NCBI GenBank assembly: GCA_022828105.1
Contig: JAJEJC010000007.1
Location: forward strand, 204,885-268,884
DNA length: 64,000 nt
From: Dehalococcoidia bacterium
GTDB lineage: Bacteria; Chloroflexota; Dehalococcoidia; Bin125
Direction of reading: 5' to 3'
Position numbers and translations under genes: made by a program. Numbering within the stretch: the first letter of the stretch is position 1; each line of letters opens with the position of its first letter. Shown here in pieces: positions 1 through 9,720 of the stretch. The notes under the pieces were generated by a model that was given only the letters and a program-made list of their open reading frames with translations, was not told the origin of the DNA and ran no database searches.

Positions 1-963
1 GTAGGTCGGGACTCCGACGTCGTCGAAGATCTGGTTGACGCTGCTGCGGATTTCCTCGGTCAGCTTCCAGTCGGTGGCCGCGACGTTCTCCTCGAGCTCG
101 CGCTCGTTGCGCATGCCGACCAGGGCGCAACTGACGCCGGGGTGGTCGAGCACCCAGGCGATGCCGAGCTGAGCGCAGGTCTTGCCGTAGCCGTCGGCGA
201 GTTCGGCCAGGCGGTTGGCGATCTCGACTTCCTGCTTGAAGCGCTCGCCCTCGAAGAGGGGCAGGTTGAAGGCGGTGCCGTTGGCGCGCCAGTCGCCCTC
301 GTCGAACTGGTGATCGGGCTGGAAGGCGGCGGTGAGCAGGCCGAAGGCGAGCGATCCGTAGGACATGAAGCCGACGCCGTTGGCCATGCACCAGGGCAGC
401 ACGCGCGATTCCATGCGCCGGTCGAACATGTGGTAGCCGACCTGGTTGGCGACGATCGTGCCGTGGCGCTGGCACTCCTCCATCATGTCGATGTTGAAGT
501 TGGAAACGCCGTAGTGGCGAATCTTGCCGGCTTGCTTGAGTTCTTCCAGACCCTCCATCGTCTCGTCGAACGGGGTGTCGTGGTCGGGCCAGTGGATCAG
601 CATCAGGTCGACGTAGTCGGTCTGGAGCCGGCGCAGGCAGCCCTCGGTGTGCTCGATGATGTGGTCCCTCTTCGAGTTCAGACCGATCACCTGGGGCACG
701 TCGTTGTAGTCGAAGCCGACCTTGGTGACAAGGACGACCTCGTTGCGGCGGCTGCCCAGCCCCTCAGCGAGCAATTCCTCGGAGTGGTTGGGGCCGTAGA
801 CCTCGGCTGTGTCGAACAGGGTGATGCCGCGATCGATGGCCATGTTCACGGCTCGGGCGGCCTCGGTACGGTCGATGTGACCGTACATGTTGCCGCTCAT
901 CTCCCAGGTGCCGAAGCCCACCGCCGAGGCGACCAGGTCGCTGTTGCCGAATCGTCGCTGTTC
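1..963 (-). CDS. Aldo/keto reductase family oxidoreductase (partial; C-terminus runs off window start)
   Basis: Reverse-strand translation from ATG at 963-961 reads MEQRRFGNSDLVASAVGFGTWEM...VGYHMFDRRME...ELEENVAATDWKLTEEIRSSVNQIFDDVGVPTY, typical AKR fold. Absent from ORF track because no stop lies in the window. SD-like AGGAA upstream. Confidence 0.8.
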
Positions 964-1061
964 CATCGTCAGGGTTCCTGTCTAGTCGGCGTGAGCCGAT
1001 TCGCGTCGTTCTGCAGGGATCAAGCTACCGCCTTCTCGTCGAACGGCACTATAGTGACGTT

Positions 1062-2471
1062 ATGTTCCGACGCAGCCGAGGATCGGATCTGCCCGCAGTC
1101 GCACCCAACGACGACGGCTCGCGACCCAACCGGCAACTGCGCAAGTGGCTTGCGCCCGGGATCGGGGTCAAGCGCTGGTTCGTGCTCCTGCTGCTGGGCA
1201 TGGGCCTGCTCGGTCTGGGCGTATCGTTCCTGGCCCGCGAGCTGTATCTGACGGTCACGCTGCCCGACGCGTTCTACTACATCACGCTGCAGTTCCTGCC
1301 CTACGCGATTCGAGGCGCGGTCCTGATCGGGCTGGCGGTCCTCTGCGTGGGAGTCGGGATCGTCAGGTTGACGTCCGGACTGGTCGTCGCGGCCCGATCC
1401 TCGGACAGCCGCGCGGGAGTCGAGGAGCCGCTGGTCGAGCTGCTGCATCGGCAGCGATTCGCCGGACGCGGCATTCGGATCGTTTGCATCGGCGGTGGTA
1501 CCGGACTTTCGGTCCTGCTGCGCGGACTGAAGGCCTACACCGACAATCTCTCGGCCGTGGTCAGCGTCGCCGACGACGGTGGATCGTCGGGGCGGCTGAG
1601 GCGCGACATGGGGATCATTCCGCCCGGCGACTTGCGCAACTGCATCGCCGCCCTGGCCGACGCCGAGCCGCTGATGACCCGGCTTTTCCAGTACCGCTTC
1701 CCCGAGGGCTCGGGCAACGGCCTCGAGGGGCACTCGTTTGGCAACCTGTTCATCGTCGCCATGTCGGACGTGGCGGGGTCGATGGAGGAAGCGATCCACG
1801 AAACAGGACGAGTCCTCGCGGTGCGAGGCAAGATTCTGCCCTCAACGCTGGAGAACATCCGCCTGGCCGCGACGACCGCCGACGGCGAGCGAATCCGCGG
1901 GGAGTCATCGATCACCGAAGCCGGGCAGCGCATCGCGAACCTCAACCTGGAGCCGCAACATCCGGCCGCGTATCCCGAGACGCTGAACGCGATCCGCAAC
2001 GCAGACCTGATCGTGGTCGGTCCCGGTTCGTTGTTCACTTCGGTCCTGCCGAATCTGCTCGTGCCAGACCTGAGGCTGGCATTCCAGGAGTCGGACGCGA
2101 TGAAGCTGTACGTCTCCAATGTGGCGACACAACACGGCGAGACCGACCACTTCTCCGTCCAGGACCACGTGCGCGCGATCGCCGAGCACATCGGCGGCTT
2201 GCCGTTCGACGCGGTCGTGGCCAACAGCAACAGCCGGACACGACTGCCACGCGGCTGGAGGTCGGAGCCGGTGCGGATCGCCCGCGACGGCGAGGCGTCG
2301 CGGCTGCCCGACTCCTTGCGGATGATCGAGGCGGACATCGTGGACACGGGCAACCGTTACCGACACGACAGCGCAAAGCTCGCCGACGCCATCATGACGG
2401 CATACCATGAGGGACGCGAAGCCGGCGTGCGCCCGCGCAGGCCACAGCGAGTCGGCGCCGCAGGGCGGTAG
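1062..2471 (+). CDS. yvcK: YvcK/CofD-like gluconeogenesis factor family protein (UPF0052) with N-terminal membrane-anchor extension
   Basis: IVCIGGGTGLSVLLRGLK...VADDGGSSGRLRRDMGIIPPGDLRNC...LIVVGPGSLFTSVLPNLLV motifs of the YvcK/2-phospho-L-lactate-transferase-like family. About 110 aa of N-terminal hydrophobic segments (WFVLLLLGMGLLGLGVSFLA). Confidence 0.8.
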   Translation: MFRRSRGSDLPAVAPNDDGSRPNRQLRKWLAPGIGVKRWFVLLLLGMGLLGLGVSFLARELYLTVTLPDAFYYITLQFLPYAIRGAVLIGLAVLCVGVGIVRLTSGLVVAARSSDSRAGVEEPLVELLHRQRFAGRGIRIVCIGGGTGLSVLLRGLKAYTDNLSAVVSVADDGGSSGRLRRDMGIIPPGDLRNCIAALADAEPLMTRLFQYRFPEGSGNGLEGHSFGNLFIVAMSDVAGSMEEAIHETGRVLAVRGKILPSTLENIRLAATTADGERIRGESSITEAGQRIANLNLEPQHPAAYPETLNAIRNADLIVVGPGSLFTSVLPNLLVPDLRLAFQESDAMKLYVSNVATQHGETDHFSVQDHVRAIAEHIGGLPFDAVVANSNSRTRLPRGWRSEPVRIARDGEASRLPDSLRMIEADIVDTGNRYRHDSAKLADAIMTAYHEGREAGVRPRRPQRVGAAGR

Positions 2472-2530
2472 GCTCTGAGGCAGCGCGGGAAGACCGGCAG
2501 ATTCGACAGAGGCGGAGAGACGGCAGTTTC

Positions 2531-2755
2531 GTGGGCACATCCGACATCCTCAACGTCTTTCAGATCCTGATTGCGCTGGTCGTGATCGGGGCCGTGGTGT
2601 TGCAGGCCAAGGGCGCGGGGCTGGGCAACATCTTTGGCGGCGCGGGCGGCGATTCCTATCGCACCCGACGCGGCATCGAGCGCACGTTGTTTCGCGGCAC
2701 GATCGTGCTGATGCTGGTTTTCGTCGGCCTGAGCATCGCGGCTACCCAGGTCTGA
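2531..2755 (+). CDS. secG: Preprotein translocase subunit SecG
   Basis: 74 aa with two TM segments and the SecG-like pattern ILIALVVIGAVVLQAKGAGLGNIFGGAGG; GTG start. Confidence 0.75.
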   Translation: MGTSDILNVFQILIALVVIGAVVLQAKGAGLGNIFGGAGGDSYRTRRGIERTLFRGTIVLMLVFVGLSIAATQV

Positions 2756-2783
2756 CCCGGCCTGTTCAACATCCGGCCTGACC

Positions 2784-3734
2784 ATGTCCGATGCACCGCG
2801 AGTCCTCTTCTATGGATCGCCCGACTTCGCCGTGCCGACCCTTCAGGCGCTAATCGACAGCCCCTGGCGGCCCGTTGCGGTCGTGACCCAGCCGGACGCC
2901 CGCGCCGGACGCGGCCAGAGTCTGCGACCGCCGCCTGTCAAAGAGCTTGCCGAGGCGTACGGCATCCCGGCAATTCAGCCGTCCAGGCTTCGTGAGCGCG
3001 CAGCCGTGGCACAGATCACGAGCCTGCGGCCCGATCTGCAGATCGTTGCCGCCTACGGGCAGATCATCCCCAGGAGCCTGCTCGACCTTCCGCGAATCGG
3101 TTCGCTGAACGTGCACGCGTCGCTGCTGCCGCGCTGGCGCGGCGCGTCGCCGATCTCCGCCGCGATCCTGCACGGTGACGCCGAGACCGGTGTGACGATC
3201 ATGCTGGTCGACGAGCACGAGGACACCGGCGGCATCGTGCGTCAGCGCGCGACGCCGATTGGCGAGTCCGAGCAGGCCGGCGGACTGAGCGAGCGGCTGG
3301 CCGAGATTGGCGCGACGTTGCTGATCGAGACGATTCCCGACTGGCTCGAGGGCAAGATCACGGTCAAGCCGCAGGACGACAGCCTGGCAACGCGCGCGCG
3401 TCGGGTGAAAAAGGTGCAGGGCAGGATTGACTGGTCGCAGTCCGCCGAGCAGATCGCCAGGCATGTGCGCGCGTTCACGCCTTGGCCGGCGGCCAGCACC
3501 GCGTTGGACCAGCAGACGATTCGAGTGACTGCCGCGCGCGCCGGCGCGCCATCCGGCACCGAACCGCCGGGCACGATCGTCGAGCTTGGACCCGCCATCG
3601 TGGTCGCCACTGGCTCAGGCAGGCTCGATGTTCATCGATTGCAGCGGGCGGGCAAGCGCGAGATGAGCGCAGAGGAGTTTGCCAGGGGCGCCAGGGATCT
3701 GGTCGGACGGAAATTCGGCTCCGGCGATGACTGA
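2784..3734 (+). CDS. fmt: Methionyl-tRNA formyltransferase
   Basis: RVLFYGSPDFAVPTLQAL...NVHASLLPRWRGASPI formyltransferase motifs; 316 aa. Confidence 0.9.
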   Translation: MSDAPRVLFYGSPDFAVPTLQALIDSPWRPVAVVTQPDARAGRGQSLRPPPVKELAEAYGIPAIQPSRLRERAAVAQITSLRPDLQIVAAYGQIIPRSLLDLPRIGSLNVHASLLPRWRGASPISAAILHGDAETGVTIMLVDEHEDTGGIVRQRATPIGESEQAGGLSERLAEIGATLLIETIPDWLEGKITVKPQDDSLATRARRVKKVQGRIDWSQSAEQIARHVRAFTPWPAASTALDQQTIRVTAARAGAPSGTEPPGTIVELGPAIVVATGSGRLDVHRLQRAGKREMSAEEFARGARDLVGRKFGSGDD

Positions 3735-4773
3735 GACGCGCGACCTGCTCCATTACGACGCGGCGGGACTCAGGCAACTCGTTGAGTCACTGGGACAGCC
3801 GGCCTACCGGAGCAGACAGATCTGGCGGCAGCTGTACCAGCGCGGACAACTCGACCCGATGGCGATGTCCGACTTGCCGAGCGAGTTTCGGCAGCAACTT
3901 GCCGAGGCAGCGCCGCCGCCGGCGGATGCGCTCGAAGTACAAACTTCGGATGACAGCTCGACGACCAAGGCTTTGATTCCACTCGGCGACGGCGAGTTGA
4001 TCGAGACGGTGCTGATTCGCTCCGCACCGCGAGACACGGTCTGCCTCTCGTCGCAGGCTGGGTGTGCGATGGGCTGTGTGTTCTGCGCGACGGGACTGCA
4101 AGGCTTGCGGCGTCAGCTCACGACGGGGGAAATCGTGCGTCAGGCCGTGCTGGCGCGCGGCTGGTCTCGGGCGGAGGGGCGAGAACTCACCCACGTCGTC
4201 TTCATGGGTATGGGCGAACCGTTGGCCAACTATGCAAACGTCAGCGAAGCAATCACCCGGCTCACCGCTGAGGATGGGTTCGGGATCTCGCCGCGACGGC
4301 TTACGGTCTCGACTGTGGGCGTGCCGCCCGGCATTCGCCGCCTGGCTGCTGAGCATCCTCGTGTCAACCTTGCGGTCTCGCTGCACGCACCGGACACCAA
4401 GCTGCGCAGGGACCTGGTCCCCGTACCCGGGGCTTCGATCGATGACATTCTGTCCGCCGTCCGCGAGCACAGCCGGGAGACCGGCGGCCGGGTGACGTTT
4501 GAGTACGTGCTGCTGCAAGGTGTCAATGACAGTCGGGCGCAGGCTCTTCGGCTGGCAGATCGGATCAAGGGCTTGCGCGCTCACGTCAACCTGATTCCAT
4601 TGAATCCGTCGCCGGGCGTCGTAGGCGAACGCCCGTCGCGGCGAGCGACGCTGCGATTCCAACAGGCCTTGCAGGAGTCCGGGATTCCGGCCACCGTACG
4701 GGTCGAGCAGGGCCGCGACATCGCCGCAGCCTGCGGGCAGCTTCGCGGCGACCGACTGCGACGAGTTGAGTAG
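3727..4773 (+). CDS. rlmN: 23S rRNA (adenine2503-C2)-methyltransferase RlmN (radical SAM)
   Basis: CxxxCxxC radical-SAM cluster GCAMGCVFCATG, TVGVPPGIRRLA, and RlmN-like C-terminus. ATG at 3727 (MTETRDL) overlaps the fmt stop by 8 nt; the longer ORF-track start is unlikely. Confidence 0.9.
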   Translation: MTETRDLLHYDAAGLRQLVESLGQPAYRSRQIWRQLYQRGQLDPMAMSDLPSEFRQQLAEAAPPPADALEVQTSDDSSTTKALIPLGDGELIETVLIRSAPRDTVCLSSQAGCAMGCVFCATGLQGLRRQLTTGEIVRQAVLARGWSRAEGRELTHVVFMGMGEPLANYANVSEAITRLTAEDGFGISPRRLTVSTVGVPPGIRRLAAEHPRVNLAVSLHAPDTKLRRDLVPVPGASIDDILSAVREHSRETGGRVTFEYVLLQGVNDSRAQALRLADRIKGLRAHVNLIPLNPSPGVVGERPSRRATLRFQQALQESGIPATVRVEQGRDIAAACGQLRGDRLRRVE

Positions 4774-4800
4774 TCCGAGTCGGGCTCGTCGGGCGAGCGA

Positions 4801-5451
4801 CTACTCCTCGGTCTCCTCTTCCTCTTCGACCTCGCCCTCTTCGCCCTCGACCAGCTCCTCTTCCTCGACTTCGTCTTCTTCGGCGACACGCGGCGCCAGC
4901 ACGGTGGCGACGGCGACGGTATCGTCGGTCAACGAGACAACGCCCTCGGGAAGGGTGAGCTCGCGAACCAAGACGGACTGACCGAAGTCGTCAAGTCCTG
5001 AGATATCCACTTCGATGACCGACGGCATTTCGGTGGGAAGCGCTTCCAGCATGATGTGCTCAAGCGACTGCACGACCGTGCCGCCTTGAGCCTCCGCCTC
5101 GGAGCTGCCGATCAGGACGAGCCTCGCTTCCGAGTGGATGCTGCGCTCCAGGTCCACTTCGTAGAAGTCGAGATGCAGGATGCGCCGGCTGACGGGGTGT
5201 CGCTGCACTTCCCGCAAGACCACGGGGATCGTCTCGCTCGCGCCGTCAATCGAGATGGGCACGACGGCATTGCGATCGACCGCCGAAAAGATGCGCCGGA
5301 CCTCTATGTCGGAGGTCTGGATTGAGGTCGACTCGCGTCCGCGGCCGTAGAGGTTGCCGGGAACCAGTCCCTCTCGCCGCAGTTTCTTGACCCGCTTGCC
5401 CAACACGCTGCGGGTCTCCACCTGCAAGATCAGTTCCGCAGCATCAGCCAT
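4801..5451 (-). CDS. rplY: 50S ribosomal protein L25 / general stress protein Ctc, with poly-acidic C-terminal tail
   Basis: ELILQVETRSVLGKRVKKLRREGLVPGNLYG L25/Ctc N-terminus; C-terminus EEDEVEEEELVEGEEGEVEEEEETEE. Confidence 0.85.
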   Translation of the reverse strand: MADAAELILQVETRSVLGKRVKKLRREGLVPGNLYGRGRESTSIQTSDIEVRRIFSAVDRNAVVPISIDGASETIPVVLREVQRHPVSRRILHLDFYEVDLERSIHSEARLVLIGSSEAEAQGGTVVQSLEHIMLEALPTEMPSVIEVDISGLDDFGQSVLVRELTLPEGVVSLTDDTVAVATVLAPRVAEEDEVEEEELVEGEEGEVEEEEETEE

Positions 5452-5486
5452 TGCAAGCCATCCGTCTCAACCCCGGCAGGGTGTAG

Positions 5487-7664
5487 GTGTCGCAACTCAG
5501 CGAGAGCTTATCAACCGACGCTATGAGTCGTGTGCAGGACGGTCAAGGGACGCTGGGGCTCACCAGAGTTTCGCCGTACACTGTCGCCACCATGCCCAGC
5601 GCCGAATCGAACGCCACGTCGGACAGCGGGTCGCCCGCGGGTTCCGAGGACGCGCCGCGTGAGCAGCCACGAGAGCAACTGTTGGGCGTTGATGTCGGCG
5701 GCACGTTTACCGACTTCGTCTTCGTCCGCGACGGACAAGTCCAGATCGCCAAGCGGCCCTCCACTCCGGCGGATCCCGGCCGCGCCATCGCCGATGCCCT
5801 GATCGAGTTCGCCTGGTCTCCGGATGAGGTCATTCATGGTTCCACCGTGGCGACCAATACGCTGCTCACGCGCACCGGCGCGGATGTTGCGCTAATCACG
5901 ACCAAGGGATTTCGCGACACACTGGCGATTGGTAGACAGGCGCGTCCTGATCTGTATGCGCTGCACCCGCAGCGCCGCGAGCCGCTGACGCCTCGGGCGC
6001 GGCGTTTCGAGGTCGAAGAGCGAATCGCGGCAGACGGCTCGATCGTCACGCCGATCTCGGTCGAAGAGATCGATCGGGTGCTGGATCGGATCGAGCGAAG
6101 CGGCGCGCAGAGCGTGGCGATCTGTTTCCTGTTCAGCTTCATCAATCCCGAACATGAAGCGCTCGCTGCCGAACGCGCGAGGGCGCGCGGCTTCGCCGTG
6201 TCCGCGTCGTACGAGGTGCTGCCCCAGCATCGCGAGTTCGAGCGGATGAGTACGACCACCGCCAACGCCTATGTCGCGCCGGTGATGACCTCGTATCTCG
6301 ACGCCCTCGAATCGCGATTGGACGAAATCTGCGCGCGAGGGGTACGGCTACGAATCATGCAGTCCAACGGCGGGTCGCTCTCGGCGGGGTCAGCCGGACG
6401 CAATGCCGTCCGTACCGTGCTCTCGGGACCCGCCGGCGGCGTCGCCGGCGCATTCGCTGCGGCCAAGGTCGATGGATACGCCAACGCAATCACGTTCGAT
6501 ATGGGCGGCACCTCGGCCGACGTGGCGCTTTGCCCGGGGCGGCTGCTTGAACGCACCGACCTGCTCGTCGACGACATGCCAATCCGCACGCCGGCGGTCG
6601 ACTTGCACACGGTTGGCGCGGGCGGCGGTTCAATCGCCTGGTTCGACGCCGGCGGGGCGCTGCGCATCGGACCGCAATCGGCCGGGGCGGATCCCGGTCC
6701 CGCAGCCTATGGCCGCGGCCGCTTGCCTACCGTGACCGACGCCCACGTGGTGCTGGGCCGGCTCCGACCGGAACAGCAGCTCGGCGGGACCGTCTCATTA
6801 GATGTCGCCCGGGCGCGCGACGCCATCGCCACGATCGCGGAGCCGTTCGGTTCCACGGAGGCGGCCGCGCAGGCGGTCATCGATGTGGTCAATGCCAATA
6901 TGGCGCGCGCGTTGCGCGTGATCTCCGTAGAGCGGGGCTACGACCCCGCGCGCTTCAGTCTGGTCGCATTCGGCGGAGCCGGACCGCTCCACGCGTCCGA
7001 CCTTGCCGAGGCCGTCGGGATTCCACGCGTGCTGATTCCGTCTTCGCCAGGCGTGCTCTCTGCAGAGGGGATGCTGATCGCGGATATCACCCGCGACGCC
7101 GAACAGGGGCTGCACCTGGCCATCGAGCCGTCCGACACGGGCCGAGTGTCGCAGCTGGACGAGGCGTTCGATGCGGTCGCCCGGCAAGCCGCCACTGCAA
7201 TGGCAGACGACGGCTATCGCGACGGCGTGACAACTGAATTTGCGGCCGACTTGCGGTATCGCGGCCAGTCTCACGAACTGACGGTACGTCTGCCGGGACC
7301 CTGGGATGCCGCATCAGTCCGAGACGCGTTCCACGCCGCGCACGAGGAACGCTTTGGCTTCTCATCAGCCGAGACTGCGGTTGAAGTCGTCATCGCGCGG
7401 GCAAAGGCTCGCCACCCAGGATTCGAGGGTGGGATCAGCGCCTCGCACGAGTTGGGCGCCACAGCGTCGAGGACGGAGGAGGTGATCTGGGATCAGACGC
7501 GTGCGACCACGGTGCTGCCTCGTGGATCGATCTCGGGCGTCATTGCCGGACCGGCAATTCTCACGCAACTCGACACGACGGTCACCGTGCCGCCCGATTG
7601 GTCGGCCGAGTCACTCGACAGCGGCAGTCTGTTGTTGCAACGGTCCGACCAAGGGAGCACGTAA
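5487..7664 (+). CDS. hyuA: Hydantoinase/oxoprolinase A family protein (HyuA / N-methylhydantoinase A-like)
   Basis: LGVDVGGTFTDFVFV...GGTSADVAL...VGAGGGSIAW motifs. GTG at 5487 is preceded by AGGG; internal ATGs at 5523 and 5592 are alternative starts. Confidence 0.85.
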   Translation: MSQLSESLSTDAMSRVQDGQGTLGLTRVSPYTVATMPSAESNATSDSGSPAGSEDAPREQPREQLLGVDVGGTFTDFVFVRDGQVQIAKRPSTPADPGRAIADALIEFAWSPDEVIHGSTVATNTLLTRTGADVALITTKGFRDTLAIGRQARPDLYALHPQRREPLTPRARRFEVEERIAADGSIVTPISVEEIDRVLDRIERSGAQSVAICFLFSFINPEHEALAAERARARGFAVSASYEVLPQHREFERMSTTTANAYVAPVMTSYLDALESRLDEICARGVRLRIMQSNGGSLSAGSAGRNAVRTVLSGPAGGVAGAFAAAKVDGYANAITFDMGGTSADVALCPGRLLERTDLLVDDMPIRTPAVDLHTVGAGGGSIAWFDAGGALRIGPQSAGADPGPAAYGRGRLPTVTDAHVVLGRLRPEQQLGGTVSLDVARARDAIATIAEPFGSTEAAAQAVIDVVNANMARALRVISVERGYDPARFSLVAFGGAGPLHASDLAEAVGIPRVLIPSSPGVLSAEGMLIADITRDAEQGLHLAIEPSDTGRVSQLDEAFDAVARQAATAMADDGYRDGVTTEFAADLRYRGQSHELTVRLPGPWDAASVRDAFHAAHEERFGFSSAETAVEVVIARAKARHPGFEGGISASHELGATASRTEEVIWDQTRATTVLPRGSISGVIAGPAILTQLDTTVTVPPDWSAESLDSGSLLLQRSDQGST

Positions 7665-9271
7665 TGCCATCGACCGGCGTCGATCCGGCGCGTCTCGCCA
7701 TCTTCGACTCGCTGGTCAGCTCGATCGCCGAGGAGATGGGCGCTGCGCTGAGACATACCGCGCTCTCGCCGAACATCAAGGAGCGCGCCGACTTCTCCTG
7801 CGCCGTGTTCGATCACGACGGGCAGTTGCTCGCCCAGGCGGCGCACATCCCGGTTCACCTGGGCGCGATGCCGGAGTCGGTGCGCGCCGTGGAGCGGCTC
7901 GCACCGTGGCGGCCTGGCGACCTGGCGATTCTCAACGATCCGTTCCTGGGCGGAACGCACCTGCCCGATGTGACGATGGTGTCGCCAGTGTTTGCGCACG
8001 ACGCGGCGGAGGGCAGTGAGCCGATGGGCTACGTCGCGAGTCGCGCGCACCAGGCGGATATCGGCGGCATGGCTCCGGGCTCGATGCCAGTCGCCCGCGA
8101 GCTGATCCAGGAAGGTCTGGTGATCCCGCCGATCCGGCTGTATCGCGGCGGCGAACTGGTTGAGGAAGCGATGTCGCTGATCCTCCGCAACGTGCGCACC
8201 CCGGACGAACGGAGAGGTGACTTCAACGCCCAGATCGCGGCGCAACGACTTGGCGCGCGTCGCCTGGCCGACCTGCAGGCGGAGTACGGGGCGGACCGAT
8301 ACCGAGAGACGACCAACGCCTTGCTCGACTACGGCGAACGCCTGACGCGCGCGTACCTGCAGGATCTCCCGCAGGGCTCCTGGACCTTTGAAGACGCGCT
8401 CGACGACGACGGTCATGAGCCGGATCCCGTGCCGATCAAGCTGTCGCTGACGCTGTCGGGGGATCGAGCACACTTCGACTTCAGCGGCAGCGCGCCTCAG
8501 CGGGCCGCCTCGATCAATGCCGTCGCGCCGGTCACGCGCTCGGCCTGCTACTACGTCATTTGCTGTCTGTTGCCGCCGGACACGCCGATGAACTCGGGAC
8601 TCTTCCGTCCGATCACGTTCAACTTGCCGGAACGCTCGGTCGTCGCCGCACAGTCGCCGGTGGCCGTCGCCGCCGGCAACGTTGAGACCTCGCAACGGAT
8701 TGTCGACACGGTCTGGGGCGCGTTTGCGAAGGTCCTGCCCGAGCAGATGCCAGCGGCGTCGTCGGGCACGATGAACAATCTGACGGCCGGCGGCGTGGAT
8801 CCGCGCAACGGTCAACCGTGGGCCTACTACGAGACGTCGGGAGGCGGACTCGGTGGGGGTCCGACGGGCGCAGGCCTTGATGCGGCGCACTCGCACATGA
8901 CGAACACGCTGAACACGCCCGCCGAAGCACTCGAGCTCGCGTATCCGCTGCGCGTGATCGAGAACAGCATTCGACCTCGTTCGTCGGGGGGCGGCGTCCA
9001 TCGCGGCGGTCATGGCCTTACCCGGCGCACGCAGTTTCTCGGACCGGCGCAGGTCACGATCATCAGCGAGCGGCGGCAGCAGCAACCCTGGGGCGCAAAT
9101 GGCGGCCTGCCTGGCAAGGAAGGCCGAAACAGCCTGGAGCGCCCCGCCGAGGGAAGCCGTCGCTCGCGTCGCACCTTGCCCGGCAAGGTGACGATCGACG
9201 TGCACGCGGGAGAGATCATTCGCCTCGACACTCCCGGCGGCGGCGGATGGGGCGCGCCTGAATCACGCTAG
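7664..9271 (+). CDS. hyuB: Hydantoinase B/oxoprolinase family protein (HyuB)
   Basis: DPARLAIFDSLVSSIAEEMGAALRHTALSPNIKERADFSCAVFDHDGQLLAQAAHIPVHLGAM typical HyuB N-terminus. ATG at 7664 overlaps the hyuA TAA by 1 nt (TAATG). Confidence 0.85.
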   Translation: MPSTGVDPARLAIFDSLVSSIAEEMGAALRHTALSPNIKERADFSCAVFDHDGQLLAQAAHIPVHLGAMPESVRAVERLAPWRPGDLAILNDPFLGGTHLPDVTMVSPVFAHDAAEGSEPMGYVASRAHQADIGGMAPGSMPVARELIQEGLVIPPIRLYRGGELVEEAMSLILRNVRTPDERRGDFNAQIAAQRLGARRLADLQAEYGADRYRETTNALLDYGERLTRAYLQDLPQGSWTFEDALDDDGHEPDPVPIKLSLTLSGDRAHFDFSGSAPQRAASINAVAPVTRSACYYVICCLLPPDTPMNSGLFRPITFNLPERSVVAAQSPVAVAAGNVETSQRIVDTVWGAFAKVLPEQMPAASSGTMNNLTAGGVDPRNGQPWAYYETSGGGLGGGPTGAGLDAAHSHMTNTLNTPAEALELAYPLRVIENSIRPRSSGGGVHRGGHGLTRRTQFLGPAQVTIISERRQQQPWGANGGLPGKEGRNSLERPAEGSRRSRRTLPGKVTIDVHAGEIIRLDTPGGGGWGAPESR

Positions 9272-9302
9272 AATTGCACGCACGGGAAGTGCAGGAGCGA
9301 CC

Positions 9303-9704
9303 ATGCCGGAAGGCTCAGACCGACTCGAACGCGATGTCGAGGAAGTGCTCTCCAACATCGAGGACTTCGACTGGCGGCGGAGACAATCCAGGCGTCCCGG
9401 GCCGATCCGTCTCGCCGTTCAGCGGTTCGGCGCCGGAATCGTCAATCGTGCGACGGCACTGACGGCGAATCATCTCCTGTTGGTCGGCGCGCTGTTTCTG
9501 ATTGTCGGCCTGGTCCTGCGCGGCGGCGGGATGTGGCTCGCCGTGGCCGGCATTGTCGTGTTCGTGATTGGCCTGTTCTGGGCGTCGCGGGGCGGTGGGA
9601 GAGGAAATGGTCAGCCAAGGGGCGGCTACTGGCGAGATCGGTACATCAGCTACGAATCGCAGTCAGGAAACCCGTTGAAACGCTGGTTCCGACGAAACCG
9701 CTGA
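9303..9704 (+). CDS. Hypothetical membrane protein (two predicted TM helices, Gly/Arg-rich C-terminal tail)
   Basis: ORF directly downstream of hyuB; hydrophobic stretches LLLVGALFLIVGLVL and LAVAGIVVFVIGLFW. No family recognised. Confidence 0.4.
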   Translation: MPEGSDRLERDVEEVLSNIEDFDWRRRQSRRPGPIRLAVQRFGAGIVNRATALTANHLLLVGALFLIVGLVLRGGGMWLAVAGIVVFVIGLFWASRGGGRGNGQPRGGYWRDRYISYESQSGNPLKRWFRRNR

Positions 9705-9720
9705 TCTGTTCGACCGCGTC

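Noticed and set aside
142-1251. 369-aa plus-strand ORF covering the first kilobase
   Set aside because: Antisense to a clearly recognisable aldo/keto reductase on the minus strand. Low-complexity Ala/Gly/Val-rich translation typical of shadow ORFs in high-GC DNA.
1145-2410. 421-aa plus-strand ORF in an alternative frame of yvcK
   Set aside because: Same strand but out of frame with the YvcK motifs; Arg/Pro/Gly-rich composition.
7493-9205. 570-aa minus-strand ORF
   Set aside because: Entirely antisense to hyuB, which has strong family motifs. Arg/Ala-rich and no recognisable domain.
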